Origin: a virus
DNA length: 64,000 nucleotides
Reading direction: 5' to 3' (one strand)
Virus record (IMG/VR): IMGVR_UViG_3300042563_002443
Below are positions 39,801 to 49,984 of the stretch, piece after piece. A model generated the notes under the pieces. That model did not search any database, had not been told where the DNA came from, and worked only from the letters and a program-made list of their open reading frames with translations. The stretch's first letter is position 1. Every line of letters starts with the position of its first letter. A program made the position numbers and the translations under genes.

Positions 39801-40900
39801 GATTCGAGACTGGAGAAATACTTACTGCTAAAAAGTTTAGTGGTACCGGATTTGCAACAGAATATTTATATGTAAATTCAGCATCTCGAGATGGAGTAGG
39901 CGACACAGATTTAACGGGTAGACTATATGTAACTAGAGCATATGGAAATGGACTTACAGGAAATTCGGCATCATTAGGAGAATCACCTAGCGCAGCTCAA
40001 AGTTATTCAGGCTCGCAAGTAATTGTGTCAACCGGTAAATTAAATACTGGATTCATTCGTATTAATGCTAATCCAAATGATACAGCAACTCCATATATTG
40101 ACATTGTTGAAAGAACCGGTAGTGGAATTTATGATGTTGCACTAAAAGCTCGTTTAGGTGATTTATCCGGATTAGCAAATAGCAGTTATGTGTTTGGAAA
40201 ATCTAATCCTGGTTTTGGTTTAGCTACCGATAATGTATTTTTGCAAGGTGGTATTATTGCTAATACGGGTAGTATCGGCGGCATCAACATGACTTCAAGC
40301 AAATTATTTACAGGCACAGGTACATTTAATAATTCTAATACTGGATTTTATTTAGACAATGCCGGCCAATTTTCTTTAAAAGACAAACTTTCATGGAATG
40401 GTACCACATTAATAGTTTCAGGCACCATAAACGCAACCACCGGAAATATTGGAGGGTTTGCAATTACGCAGAATGCAATAACAGGTTCAGGATTTTACTT
40501 ATCAGGATCTGCCACCGGAAATGAATTTTTTATATCATCATCAAAATTCAATGTAAAAGCAAATGGCGATGTAACTGCATCAAATGCAAATATTGGAGGA
40601 CGAATTGAAGCTTTATCGTTTGTGCAATCTCATATTAAATTGTTAGATTCAAACTCCGGGTCATATCAAACAGCCGGCTCTACTGTAGCTAGCAAAAATT
40701 TAGTTTTTGACGGATCAGCTGGTGGCAATCCAATTGGTGCAATGACAATAGCAACAACCACCGGATTTCAAATTAGTGGAATAACAACCGCCGGCGGCTC
40801 CGACCAATTAACAGACGTAACATTATTTATAAGCACCCCTGGAGTTACTTTAATAAACACAATAGCTGACGCTCCAATTGCTGAAGGAACTAAATCATAA
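36869..40900 (+). CDS. large tail fibre/adhesin-like protein with internal repeats
   Basis: Repeated G(K/R)IGGFxI...FFISSSKFNVKAxGD units; late box at 36840. Confidence 0.75.
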   Translation: MQRKKTVYKGLQFIDVWYTDTSLTSPDYFQISEFPTRLTAGKNLFKLLGNPTTLKVGGYLNLEILDYNGDPIYYEVVNYIDEDTSRVIAIYIYEDTPPGDCTITLTAESVNAPPEWQGRANIKWTRTVQVNPTVPNDSEIIFETLPSITLSEQIGPHLDRTYTTDQFPIYTTGKIKYFLLNNQPAIEISGGSFINDMTAGTVTVAAPQNAAPLPTYTPSTTAYTSSIKKVLSSTTALLDTAYTVYSSKTIFPHIYTNFANSSFSLTYESTPTYTETQNSESYALIQISGLQPATGDVSRIKTFMNNNGTVGTWELINDVELAETEIFVTDTASLFPDTSIGSFTSQDIIDAYWSRNAYRGKTTLTAPTLVWSTASIDNAMKISSALNLDAKDTVLKIRSDINGIFQENASYKITIDALGTRSGSVAPVLAIYMSGSSFYQDPTDYFNQEFSTKFGKRIGELRVTSNNQRFDDYVVNFNSDYTGTGILQLVVESGNWQVANIRTTSDNDAGYTPDYTRIKSLVPTAHKSNNQLSFKIEYYNVAGVKSKQINYSLNNNWQGGNRYVDGDFSMLTGSLYVADSLGSGIEIAGNTSTGYIRTLGYQGFDYGASGFLMWSGSALPGKTSKGNPYSGVGLELYQDTNNYFRYSTSDSELDIHTSKFFLGGTNQYISGSGGKLAISSSNFYLSASGDVTMTGKITATSGRIGGFEITQDAITGSGFYLSGSATGNGFFISSSKFNVKANGDITGSNVLFTGGKIAGFTISDNTLSNANNFYISGAASGNDFFISSSKFNVKASGDVTGSQVLFTGGKIGSFTLTNNALSAGSTFLISSSVDVGNLSTAFFISSSKFNVRQDGTISGSQVLFDGGKVGGFTINSSKITGTNIVIDSAGSIQTSDYASDLKGWKISAAGNGSAEFENAKIRGTLATTVFEKTSVNAVGGQLYVANSTTLTGSSFAGASPNGNYTPTQTTMSVENVTGFETGEILTAKKFSGTGFATEYLYVNSASRDGVGDTDLTGRLYVTRAYGNGLTGNSASLGESPSAAQSYSGSQVIVSTGKLNTGFIRINANPNDTATPYIDIVERTGSGIYDVALKARLGDLSGLANSSYVFGKSNPGFGLATDNVFLQGGIIANTGSIGGINMTSSKLFTGTGTFNNSNTGFYLDNAGQFSLKDKLSWNGTTLIVSGTINATTGNIGGFAITQNAITGSGFYLSGSATGNEFFISSSKFNVKANGDVTASNANIGGRIEALSFVQSHIKLLDSNSGSYQTAGSTVASKNLVFDGSAGGNPIGAMTIATTTGFQISGITTAGGSDQLTDVTLFISTPGVTLINTIADAPIAEGTKS

Positions 40901-40918
40901 CAATAAAAGAAAAATAAT

Positions 40919-41707
40919 ATGCCAAACATACCATTATCATCAGGCGAAACTTTTGTATTATCCAAAAAAAACAACGTTGCATATATTAAATCATCAACTG
41001 ATTCTGCAGAACAAAATTTGTTTATAAGAAATGATATACAATTAACCGGTTCAGCTGGCGCGGGAACTACTATTTTCAACACTGGTTATATTGAATTAAC
41101 AAACACAAACGCCGGTTCAGACTCATATATTGTGTTTAAGCCTAGCACTGTAGCCCTACAAAATTTTGTGTTAGGATATGACGATAGCCAAAACCGATTT
41201 GCTTTAGGTACCGGCAATACTCTAGCTAGCACAACCGCCACCCGGGTAGTATTCCATGTTCATTCAGGTTCGCGCATATTACATGTAAATGAAGGATTAA
41301 CGGTTACCGGTAGCATTAATGTTAGTAGTAGTGGCGACATTAATTCTGGCATTGTAAATAATAATTTTGTTTTTTACAATACTAGTGACTCCAATTTAAC
41401 AGTCGATGCTGCTGTAACTCAATCATTAGCATGGGTGGTTGAGTTTACAGCAGATAGAGCGTTATTTATTACTAACTTAACAAAGGGAAGAAAGTTTGAA
41501 GCCTATATTCAAAACACCAACGCAGCATCACGCACAATAACATTTAGTGGAAGTGCCGGAACTGCCGGAGGTGTAGGGTTAGCATTAGCAAAATACACCG
41601 GAGCTTGGGGCAGTTCAAAAACTATTGATGCAGATTATGGCGCAGCTTATATTCATGTACAAAACTTTGGCACTGCCACTAATTCAATTTTTGGTTCAAT
41701 AACATAA
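40919..41707 (+). CDS. tail fibre-associated protein
   Basis: G/S/T-rich beta protein following the fibre gene. Confidence 0.6.
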   Translation: MPNIPLSSGETFVLSKKNNVAYIKSSTDSAEQNLFIRNDIQLTGSAGAGTTIFNTGYIELTNTNAGSDSYIVFKPSTVALQNFVLGYDDSQNRFALGTGNTLASTTATRVVFHVHSGSRILHVNEGLTVTGSINVSSSGDINSGIVNNNFVFYNTSDSNLTVDAAVTQSLAWVVEFTADRALFITNLTKGRKFEAYIQNTNAASRTITFSGSAGTAGGVGLALAKYTGAWGSSKTIDADYGAAYIHVQNFGTATNSIFGSIT

Positions 41708-41787
41708 AATATTTTATATTCGTCAAAAAAATAAATTTATATAATATATTCTAATCATATTTATTAAAATAACATGTTAACTATCAT

Positions 41788-44316
41788 ATGCAAACAACTA
41801 AAACAACAATACTTTTCCCAGGCGGGTTCAAACCATTAACTGGAGCACATTTAGCATTAGCACAACGATATGCTGAAGATCCTGCAGTTGACCAAGTAAT
41901 TTTGTTGATTGGACCAACAGAGCGAGAAGGAATTACTAGAAGCAAAACAATTGAAATATTCAATCTATTAAATTCCGATCCAAACATTGAAATACAGGCA
42001 ACTGAATTTAATTCTCCAATAACAGCCGCATATGAATATCTTTTTGCATTACCAAAAGATGCAACGGGACGGTATGCAATGGCAGCTTCAACTAAAGGCA
42101 ATGATTATGTTCGCGCTAAAGACTTTGTTCCAAATGTAGATAAGTATGCTACAATTGGCGATAAAAAAGGCCGTACGATTCCTAGCGGTATTGATGCAAT
42201 TGAATTAAATGTTAATGTTGATCCATTAACATATAATAACGGAGAACCAATATCAGCAACAATTGTTCGACAATCAATTCAAGATAATGATTATGATACA
42301 TTTCGTTTATCATATCCACAATTTGAAGATGCACTAGTTAAAAATGCATGGCAAACACTTAAAGGAGTTCAGGAAGCAACCGTATTTAGTAAAGATTGGT
42401 GGACTTCATCATTGCAAGAAGAAGTAGATGAAGTTTTTGAAGCAATAATGAATCCCAAGGAAAAAGATCGGCATGAATCAAAAATTAATCATTTGCGTTC
42501 ATTCTTAGAAAAACATCGAGGAGAATCATTTGTATATGATTTTGATAATTTTGCTAAAACAGTTGTTGGTGCTAAATTAATAGAATCAATAATTGTAGAA
42601 AATTATATTACACGAGATGAATTAAAACAAATAGAACCAGTAATTGATAGATTTTTTAAACGTTTTGGTATCGATGTAGATTTTCAAGGTAAATTTACTC
42701 ACTTTATTGAACGTTTAAATGATCCTAGAAATGAAGGAACTATTAGATTAGATGATTTAGAAAACTTATTCAAAGACTTATCAGACGAATACGGCGAAAA
42801 AATTGTACAACAATTCCAATCTGGCAATCCTACTGCGGTAGAATCTGATTATCAATTCGATGTTCCATTACATATGCCATTCCAATTAGAGTTTGATCGT
42901 CAGTTAGGTCAGATTAAATTGATTCCTCGCACTATTAAAGCACAACGTAAACAATGGCAACCAAATAATCCTAATGATGTAATTTATAAAATTGAATCAG
43001 TGATGCCTAGAAGTAATAATAGAATTCAATCTGAATCTAAACTTATTACTGAAGGTGGCGCGGCGGGACATATGGCGCATCCATGGGACGATCACGGATT
43101 ATCATTTAATGATATGAAAGAAATTGTGTCTAGAGCATTAGAAGGACGTTTAGATATTGAACAAGCAGTAACTGAAAAGACTGATGGACAAAATATTTTT
43201 GTAACTTGGAAAAACAATGAAATTGGATTTGCCCGAGGATCTGGAACTATAATTAATCCAATGACAACGTCTGAAATTATTGCAGATTTCCAACGCAAAC
43301 AACAAAAAGCAATTGCAGAAAAAGGAGCTGAAGCGGGAGCAAATTATCAACCGGTAGTAGATGCATATCAGGCCTGCGCTGAAGATTTAACAGAAGCATT
43401 TAATGCAATTGCTGAAAATACATTGAATCAAATATTTAAAAATGGCAGAGTATTTGCTAACATGGAAATTATTTATCCAGCAACTAAAAATGTAATTGCA
43501 TATGATAAAGCTCATTTACAATTTCATAATTTGGTTGAATATGATGAAAAAGGAAAAGTAATTGAAACTGATTTAACCGGCGGGGCAACCATGCAAAAAA
43601 TCATTCAAGATGCAAATTCACATATGCAAAAAACATTTTCATTTATTCCACCACAACGTATTAAATTGGGTCGAGTATATGATTTTGAAGATCAACAAGC
43701 AGCATTCTTTAATGAGATTGCACAATTACAAACAAAATTTAATCTTAAAGAGACAGATTTAATCAGCGAATATCACAAATCATGGTGGCGAGATGTTATC
43801 AAATCAAAAGCCCAACAATTGGGATATGATATTACAGACGAGTTGGTTGATACATTGATGTATCGATGGTCATTTAATGATAAATCAACAAATATATCCA
43901 TACTTAAAAAACAAATTGCAAATCCTGAATTTTTAGCATGGGTTGATGAGTTTGATAAAAAAGATTTCAAACAATACAAAAAACAAAATTTAGAACCATT
44001 TGAATCAATCTTTTTGCGTCTAGGAGTTTTGGTATTACAAAATGCAACCAATTATCTAGCAGCAAATCCAGACCAAACGGTTCAAGAAATAAAAACAGAA
44101 TTAGCTCAACTTATTAAAGATTTGCAAGCCAAAGGCGATGCTGCTACAATACAAAAATTAGAACATGAACTAAGACGCATACAAAAACTAGGCGGTTTTG
44201 ATGCAATTGTACCAACTGAAGGAGTTGTATTTACATTTCAAGGAAATACATATAAAATGACAGGAGCATTTGCTCCGGTTAATCAACTACTAGGGGTATT
44301 GAAATATACACGATAA
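41788..44316 (+). CDS. three-domain protein: HIGH-family nucleotidyltransferase + RNase-like middle domain + RNA-ligase-like (DUF6267-like) domain
   Basis: PGGFKPLTGAH and ISATIVR; HFIERLNDPRN; GGAAGHMAHPWDD, TEKTDGQN, EGVVF, YKMTG; late box at 41757. Confidence 0.7.
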   Translation: MQTTKTTILFPGGFKPLTGAHLALAQRYAEDPAVDQVILLIGPTEREGITRSKTIEIFNLLNSDPNIEIQATEFNSPITAAYEYLFALPKDATGRYAMAASTKGNDYVRAKDFVPNVDKYATIGDKKGRTIPSGIDAIELNVNVDPLTYNNGEPISATIVRQSIQDNDYDTFRLSYPQFEDALVKNAWQTLKGVQEATVFSKDWWTSSLQEEVDEVFEAIMNPKEKDRHESKINHLRSFLEKHRGESFVYDFDNFAKTVVGAKLIESIIVENYITRDELKQIEPVIDRFFKRFGIDVDFQGKFTHFIERLNDPRNEGTIRLDDLENLFKDLSDEYGEKIVQQFQSGNPTAVESDYQFDVPLHMPFQLEFDRQLGQIKLIPRTIKAQRKQWQPNNPNDVIYKIESVMPRSNNRIQSESKLITEGGAAGHMAHPWDDHGLSFNDMKEIVSRALEGRLDIEQAVTEKTDGQNIFVTWKNNEIGFARGSGTIINPMTTSEIIADFQRKQQKAIAEKGAEAGANYQPVVDAYQACAEDLTEAFNAIAENTLNQIFKNGRVFANMEIIYPATKNVIAYDKAHLQFHNLVEYDEKGKVIETDLTGGATMQKIIQDANSHMQKTFSFIPPQRIKLGRVYDFEDQQAAFFNEIAQLQTKFNLKETDLISEYHKSWWRDVIKSKAQQLGYDITDELVDTLMYRWSFNDKSTNISILKKQIANPEFLAWVDEFDKKDFKQYKKQNLEPFESIFLRLGVLVLQNATNYLAANPDQTVQEIKTELAQLIKDLQAKGDAATIQKLEHELRRIQKLGGFDAIVPTEGVVFTFQGNTYKMTGAFAPVNQLLGVLKYTR

Positions 44317-44343
44317 CATATTTATATAAAATAGGATATTATA

Positions 44344-45141
44344 ATGGCTGAAAAACATAAAAGCAAATACAAAAAACCAGAAAACAAAAAACCTACATAT
44401 CGTAAAGATATAAAAGATTATACATTGGATGACAAAGATGGCAAATCAAATCCAAAATCTTCAGGTGAAAAATTACCTATCATTTTGCGTAAAACAGACA
44501 AAGAAGTAATAGATAATGGAAATCTAGTTCCTAAGTATGAAGCAGATGATCGTTTATATAAAGATCTAGAAGATGCTGATTATGATTCTAAAACAGCATT
44601 AAAACGTTTAACAAAGCGTCAAAATGATGAAGCTAAAGATGTTAAAGATGTCATTAAAGATAAAATTGAAAACTTAACGAGAGAACAAAAAGAACGTTTA
44701 GTTAGAGAATATATTCGTAGGAAGATTGAAAAAGTTTTATACGAGCAAGAAGAAAAGCCAGAAGATGCTCCTGCAGAAGAAGCACCTGAAGCTCCAACAC
44801 CAGAAGCACCAGCTCCTGAAACAACACCGACTGCACCAGAGGCAGCCGCAGAAACTCCTGCACCAGAAACACCAACTGAAGAGCCAGCCCCAACTGAAGA
44901 ACCTGCAGCAGATAACGCTGAAAAAGAATTAGATCCTGAAGCAAAAGAAGCGTTAGCTGTACAAAGATTTGTTGATCACTTAAAAAGTGAAACAGGAAAT
45001 ATTGCTAGGATTAAAGCAATATCAAAAGTTATTAATGCAACAATGCGTGAAGCAGAACCAGAAGATTATACTAATTTTTATGAGTTACTTCGTTCATTAG
45101 CAATTAATAAACTTTCAACGGGAAATAAATCTAAAAAATAA
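44344..45141 (+). CDS. hypothetical protein with Pro/Glu/Ala/Thr-rich linker
   Basis: EAPTPEAPAPETTP low-complexity tract; late box at 44318. Confidence 0.75.
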   Translation: MAEKHKSKYKKPENKKPTYRKDIKDYTLDDKDGKSNPKSSGEKLPIILRKTDKEVIDNGNLVPKYEADDRLYKDLEDADYDSKTALKRLTKRQNDEAKDVKDVIKDKIENLTREQKERLVREYIRRKIEKVLYEQEEKPEDAPAEEAPEAPTPEAPAPETTPTAPEAAAETPAPETPTEEPAPTEEPAADNAEKELDPEAKEALAVQRFVDHLKSETGNIARIKAISKVINATMREAEPEDYTNFYELLRSLAINKLSTGNKSKK

Positions 45142-45144
45142 ATA

Positions 45145-45795
45145 ATGTCTAAAAAGTTACAAAATGTTAAAGCTGTACAACAAATGTTGGATGGCACCCA
45201 CAAGTTTCAAACAAAAAAAACTGTAGGATTTTCCGATGTTGCATCGGTTGCAAAGAAAAATGATCGTCATGAAATTGGCGACATATGGGAAGAAACAAAT
45301 TCATCAACAGGAATCACACACATCATTGAGCAAAAAGACGGCTTTCGTATACGCAAGTCAAAAGGCACAGATGTATTGCAATCAGTCCGAGATGAATTAA
45401 AATCATTTCCTAATTGTAGAAAAGATACATGTACATGTTTAGGTACACATCATATAGATCAAAAAATGCGTAAAGTGCATGGAATGTGTTTTGATTGTAC
45501 AATTGATATGGAACATGAATTAAAAAAAGCTGGAACATATGAAGAATATGAGCAAAATAAAATTCGCGAAAATGCACTTGCATGGTTAGAATCCGCAGAG
45601 CGAGATGTTAAAATGTTAAAAGACGCATATACAACCGCAGCACAATTTGTTACAAATTCCGAAGGCGAACAAGAATCTTGGTCCGCAAAAATGACTCCAG
45701 AAGAATTTGAAGATACAATACAAAAACAATTTGATATTTTTAAAGAAAATTTTTTAAACAAACTAAATAACAAGGAAACAAATGAAAACAATTAA
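45145..45795 (+). CDS. hypothetical protein with Cys cluster
   Basis: CRKDTCTC...CFDC. Confidence 0.75.
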   Translation: MSKKLQNVKAVQQMLDGTHKFQTKKTVGFSDVASVAKKNDRHEIGDIWEETNSSTGITHIIEQKDGFRIRKSKGTDVLQSVRDELKSFPNCRKDTCTCLGTHHIDQKMRKVHGMCFDCTIDMEHELKKAGTYEEYEQNKIRENALAWLESAERDVKMLKDAYTTAAQFVTNSEGEQESWSAKMTPEEFEDTIQKQFDIFKENFLNKLNNKETNENN

Positions 45796-46120
45796 AAAAT
45801 ATTGGGCATTTATAGTAGGAGCAATAGTTGCTATTATAGGTATTTTTGCAGTAACATCATCAAAACTTACTAGTAAAAAATTAAGAAAAACTGCAAAACA
45901 AATTGATGATAATGATTCGTCAATTGATAAATTGCAAGGCAAAATAGAAGTAGTAGAAGAAACAAGAATTAAAACAAAACAAGATTTAGTAGAACAAACA
46001 GCAGCAATTGCTGATTTGCAAGAAGCTAAAGACAATTTAATTGTTGAAGAAGTTCCAATTGAAGATGCCAAACAAAATATTTTAAAAAATGTGCGTCGAG
46101 CAAAAAAACAAACAAAATGA
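45782..46120 (+). CDS. N-terminally anchored coiled-coil membrane protein (possible lysis/spanin-like)
   Basis: TM WAFIVGAIVAIIGIFAV followed by a coiled coil. Confidence 0.6.
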   Translation: MKTIKKYWAFIVGAIVAIIGIFAVTSSKLTSKKLRKTAKQIDDNDSSIDKLQGKIEVVEETRIKTKQDLVEQTAAIADLQEAKDNLIVEEVPIEDAKQNILKNVRRAKKQTK

Positions 46121-46506
46121 AAAAGCTATTAATTATATTATTGTTTCCGCTAATATCATTTACTCAAACAAAAAAGCAATTACCTGATACATGTTTTACT
46201 CAACAAGAACTTGCTGATATATCATTTGTATTAGATTCACTTTGGACAGCTGATGATATTAATAACAATTTAATTAAATCATATGATACAGCATTTCGCA
46301 CACAAAGTACTTTGATTAAATTAGATTCAGTACAATTACAATATAAAAACAATCAAATTAAATTGTTGCAAGAAAATATTGATTTATATGTAAGTAGAGA
46401 AAAATTATTACAACCAAAATGGTATGATAAAAAAGGTTTATGGTATGGCGCAGGATTTCTATCAGCATTAGGCACCGGCATATTAATAAATCAACTTATA
46501 AAATAA
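46117..46506 (+). CDS. signal-peptide + coiled-coil + C-terminal TM protein (possible lysis/spanin-like)
   Basis: MKKLLIILLFPLISFT|Q; C-terminal LWYGAGFLSALGTGILI. Confidence 0.6.
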   Translation: MKKLLIILLFPLISFTQTKKQLPDTCFTQQELADISFVLDSLWTADDINNNLIKSYDTAFRTQSTLIKLDSVQLQYKNNQIKLLQENIDLYVSREKLLQPKWYDKKGLWYGAGFLSALGTGILINQLIK

Positions 46507-46511
46507 ATACA

Positions 46512-48089
46512 ATGTCTGCAAACATAAAACAAATAATACAGCAACAGTACATGATGTGTGCTAAAGATCCTGTATTTTTTATGCGTAATTATTGTTATAT
46601 ACAACATCCTAAACGAGGAAAGATTAAATTTAATCTATTCCCTTTCCAGGAAGATTCATTAACTGAATTGCGTGATAATCGTTACAATGTAATATTGAAA
46701 TCACGACAGTTAGGTATATCAACATTGGCAGCTGGATTTGCTTTATGGAGCATGTTATTCAACGAAGACTTTAACGTATTAGTTATTGCAACAACACAAG
46801 AAGTAGCAAAAAACTTGGTAACAAAAGTTCGTGTCATGCATGACAATTTGCCTAGTTGGTTAAAAGGTACAGTTGATGCAGACAATAAACTATCATTAAA
46901 ATTTAAAAACGGTTCGCAGATTAAAGCAGTATCGTCTGCCGGGACAGGAGCACGATCTGAAGCATTATCATTATTAATAGTTGATGAGGCTGCATTTATT
47001 CGAAACATTGAAGAGATATGGATTGCATCTCAAGCAACATTATCTACGGGTGGTGGAGCAATAGTATTATCTACTCCAAACGGAGTTGGTAATTGGTTTC
47101 ATCAAACATGGGCTGACGCAGAAGCAGACATTAATGGATTTCATACAGTTAAACTACATTGGACAGTTCATCCAGAACGCGACCAAGATTGGCGAGATGA
47201 ACAAACTCGTTTATTAGGTGAACGTGGCGCAGCACAAGAATGTGATTGTGACTTTGTTAGTTCAGGTCATACTGTAGTTGATGGCCCATTATTATTAGAA
47301 TATGATGCAATAACTGAAGATCCAATTGAACGTAGAGGCTTTGACGGAAACTATTGGGTATGGGAATATCCGGACTATACTAGAGACTATTTAGTAGTAG
47401 CTGACGTTGCGCGAGGAGATGGCGCAGATTATTCTGCATTCCATGTTTTTGATGTACAAGATGTACGTCAGGTTGCTGAGTACAAAGGAAAAATTCCTCC
47501 TAATGAATTTGGCAACATGCTAGTAACGGTTGCAACAGAATGGAACAATGCATTATTAGCAATTGAAAATGCAAATATTGGTTGGGCAGCAATTCAACCG
47601 GCATTAGATAGAGGATATCAAAATCTACATTATACATATAAAGATGATGGATACACAGATGCAGATGTACAATTGAAAAAAGGATATGATATGAAAGATA
47701 AGGGCCAAATGGTTCCTGGAGTATCAACTACAACTCGTACAAGGCCATTAATGATTTCTGCATTAGAAATGTATATGCGTGAACGAACTCCTATAATTCG
47801 TAGTAAAAGACTTATACAAGAACTACTAGTATTTATTTGGCTTAATGGTAAAGCCCAATCACAAAATGGATATAATGATGACTTAGTAATGTCATTTTGT
47901 ATTGGTCTTTGGTTGCGCGATTCAACTCTTAAATTACGACAACAAGGAATTGAGCTCAATAAAAAAGCACTTTCATCATTTCAAAAAACAAGTCCAGTTA
48001 TATATACAGGCAACAAAAATAACACCGATAATGGATGGTCGTGGAACAACGGCCGAGATGATGAATCACTAACATGGCTTATCAAATAA
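46512..48089 (+). CDS. terL: terminase large subunit (gp17-like)
   Basis: KSRQLGIST, LIVDEAAF, STPNG, DVARG...DYS, NDDLVM; start moved to ATG 46512. Confidence 0.95.
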   Translation: MSANIKQIIQQQYMMCAKDPVFFMRNYCYIQHPKRGKIKFNLFPFQEDSLTELRDNRYNVILKSRQLGISTLAAGFALWSMLFNEDFNVLVIATTQEVAKNLVTKVRVMHDNLPSWLKGTVDADNKLSLKFKNGSQIKAVSSAGTGARSEALSLLIVDEAAFIRNIEEIWIASQATLSTGGGAIVLSTPNGVGNWFHQTWADAEADINGFHTVKLHWTVHPERDQDWRDEQTRLLGERGAAQECDCDFVSSGHTVVDGPLLLEYDAITEDPIERRGFDGNYWVWEYPDYTRDYLVVADVARGDGADYSAFHVFDVQDVRQVAEYKGKIPPNEFGNMLVTVATEWNNALLAIENANIGWAAIQPALDRGYQNLHYTYKDDGYTDADVQLKKGYDMKDKGQMVPGVSTTTRTRPLMISALEMYMRERTPIIRSKRLIQELLVFIWLNGKAQSQNGYNDDLVMSFCIGLWLRDSTLKLRQQGIELNKKALSSFQKTSPVIYTGNKNNTDNGWSWNNGRDDESLTWLIK

Positions 48090-48139
48090 AAAAACATACA
48101 TGGTTCTATCGATAGTTATATTTATATAAAAAAGATAAT

Positions 48140-49984
48140 ATGGCGTCATTAAGAAAACGTTTACAGAATTTATTTAGTACCAATGTGGTTGTTAGAGCAT
48201 ATGGTAAAGATCAGCTACGAGTAGTTGATACAAACCGATTACAATCAGTAGGTAATTTAAGTCAAAGTAAAGTTGCAGATAGATATACTCGTCTGCACGG
48301 AGCAAATAAACATCGTGTCGGCGGAAATGGCGGGTATGATTCAAATTATTATATGCATCAAAATCGTCTGCAATTATATGCTGACTATGAAATGATGGAT
48401 AAAGATCCAATTATATCTTCAGCATTAGATATATATTCAGATGAATCTACATTAGCTGATCAATTTGGTGATATTTTAACTATCAGAACTAATAAAACAC
48501 AAATACAAAAAATACTTTATAATTTATTTTATGATGTTTTGAATATTGAGTTCAATTTATGGACTTGGATTCGTAACATGACAAAATATGGTGATTTCTT
48601 TTTAAAGTTGGATATTGCTGAAGAAATTGGAATTTTAAATGCACGTCCATTTTCAAGTTATGAAATGGAAAGATGGGAAGAATATAACCAATCTACTGGA
48701 GAATATGAAATCAAATTCAAAAACGTTGCGTCAGAACAAATGACATACGATGTGTTTGAAGTAGCACATTTCCGCATGTTATCAGATTCTAACTTTTTAC
48801 CATATGGTAGATCCATGTTAGAAGGAGCTAGAAAAGAATTTCAAAAATTGATGATGATGGAAGATGCAATGCTTATTCATAGAATAATGCGCGCACCTGA
48901 AAAACGTATTTTTAAAATTGATATTGGTAATATTCCTACAAATGAAGTAGATTCATTCATGGAACAAATTATCAATAAAATGAAAAAGATTCCACACATT
49001 GATCCGCAAACTGGAAATTACAATTTAAAGTTTAATATTAACAACATGTTGGAAGATTATTATCTACCAGTTCGCGGAGGTCAATCATCTACAACAATTG
49101 ATACATTACCGGGTATGACATTTACAGGAATGGATGACATTGAATATATTAGAACAAAGATGATGTCAGCCCTAAAAATTCCAGCACCATTCTTAGGGTA
49201 TTCAGAGGCAGTTGAAGGTAAATCTACATTAGCATCAATGGATATTCGTTTTGCTAGAACAATTGAACGTGTACAAAAAATTGTATGTTCTGAGCTTGTT
49301 AAAATTGCAATTATACATTTATATGCTCAAGGATTTGAAGGAGAAGATTTAGTAGGATTTGAATTAGAATTAACAGCACCGTCAATTATTTATGATCAAC
49401 AAAAAGTTGCATTAATGAATGAAAAAATAACTTTAGCAAATGCAATGAAAGATTCAAAATTAGTTTCTGATAAATACATATATGAGTATATTTTTAATAT
49501 GTCTGAAGATCAATGGTTGCAAGAAAGAACAAATGTTGTTGAAGATTTAAAACTTAGATTCCGTCAAAATCAAATTGAACAAGAAGGAAATGATCCAGCA
49601 ATCACAGGAACATCATTTGGAACACCACATGATTTAGCATCAATACATATGAGTAGCAACGATGTTGGAGAAAAAGATAAGGGTGGCCGTCCAAAAGAAG
49701 GAATTAAATTTGGACAACATAAAAATGAATTTGGTTGGGATCCTACCGGAATCAAAGGAATTAAACAAGAAATTAATCCTGAGCACCAAAAAACAACATT
49801 CCAACCTGATACTAATTTTAAAAATAGAGCAGGCGCAGTTGCAGTAGAACATCATGATATATTAAAACAAATAAAGTCAAAAAATAAAGGTGCGTCAATT
49901 ATTACAGAATCATTAAAATCTAATAAGATAAGTGAAACAGATACCGATGCAGGTACATTATTAGATGAAAACAACATTTTGTAA
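48140..49984 (+). CDS. portal protein (gp20-like)
   Basis: MEDAMLIHRIMRAPEKRIFKIDIGN, EDYYLPVRGG, IDTLPG; late box at 48118. Confidence 0.95.
   Translation: MASLRKRLQNLFSTNVVVRAYGKDQLRVVDTNRLQSVGNLSQSKVADRYTRLHGANKHRVGGNGGYDSNYYMHQNRLQLYADYEMMDKDPIISSALDIYSDESTLADQFGDILTIRTNKTQIQKILYNLFYDVLNIEFNLWTWIRNMTKYGDFFLKLDIAEEIGILNARPFSSYEMERWEEYNQSTGEYEIKFKNVASEQMTYDVFEVAHFRMLSDSNFLPYGRSMLEGARKEFQKLMMMEDAMLIHRIMRAPEKRIFKIDIGNIPTNEVDSFMEQIINKMKKIPHIDPQTGNYNLKFNINNMLEDYYLPVRGGQSSTTIDTLPGMTFTGMDDIEYIRTKMMSALKIPAPFLGYSEAVEGKSTLASMDIRFARTIERVQKIVCSELVKIAIIHLYAQGFEGEDLVGFELELTAPSIIYDQQKVALMNEKITLANAMKDSKLVSDKYIYEYIFNMSEDQWLQERTNVVEDLKLRFRQNQIEQEGNDPAITGTSFGTPHDLASIHMSSNDVGEKDKGGRPKEGIKFGQHKNEFGWDPTGIKGIKQEINPEHQKTTFQPDTNFKNRAGAVAVEHHDILKQIKSKNKGASIITESLKSNKISETDTDAGTLLDENNIL

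Noticed and set aside
44750-44915. Apparent DNA repeats in the PEAPA-rich tract, with overlapping ORFs 44702-44944 and 44726-44932
   Set aside because: Explained by low-complexity protein linker coding
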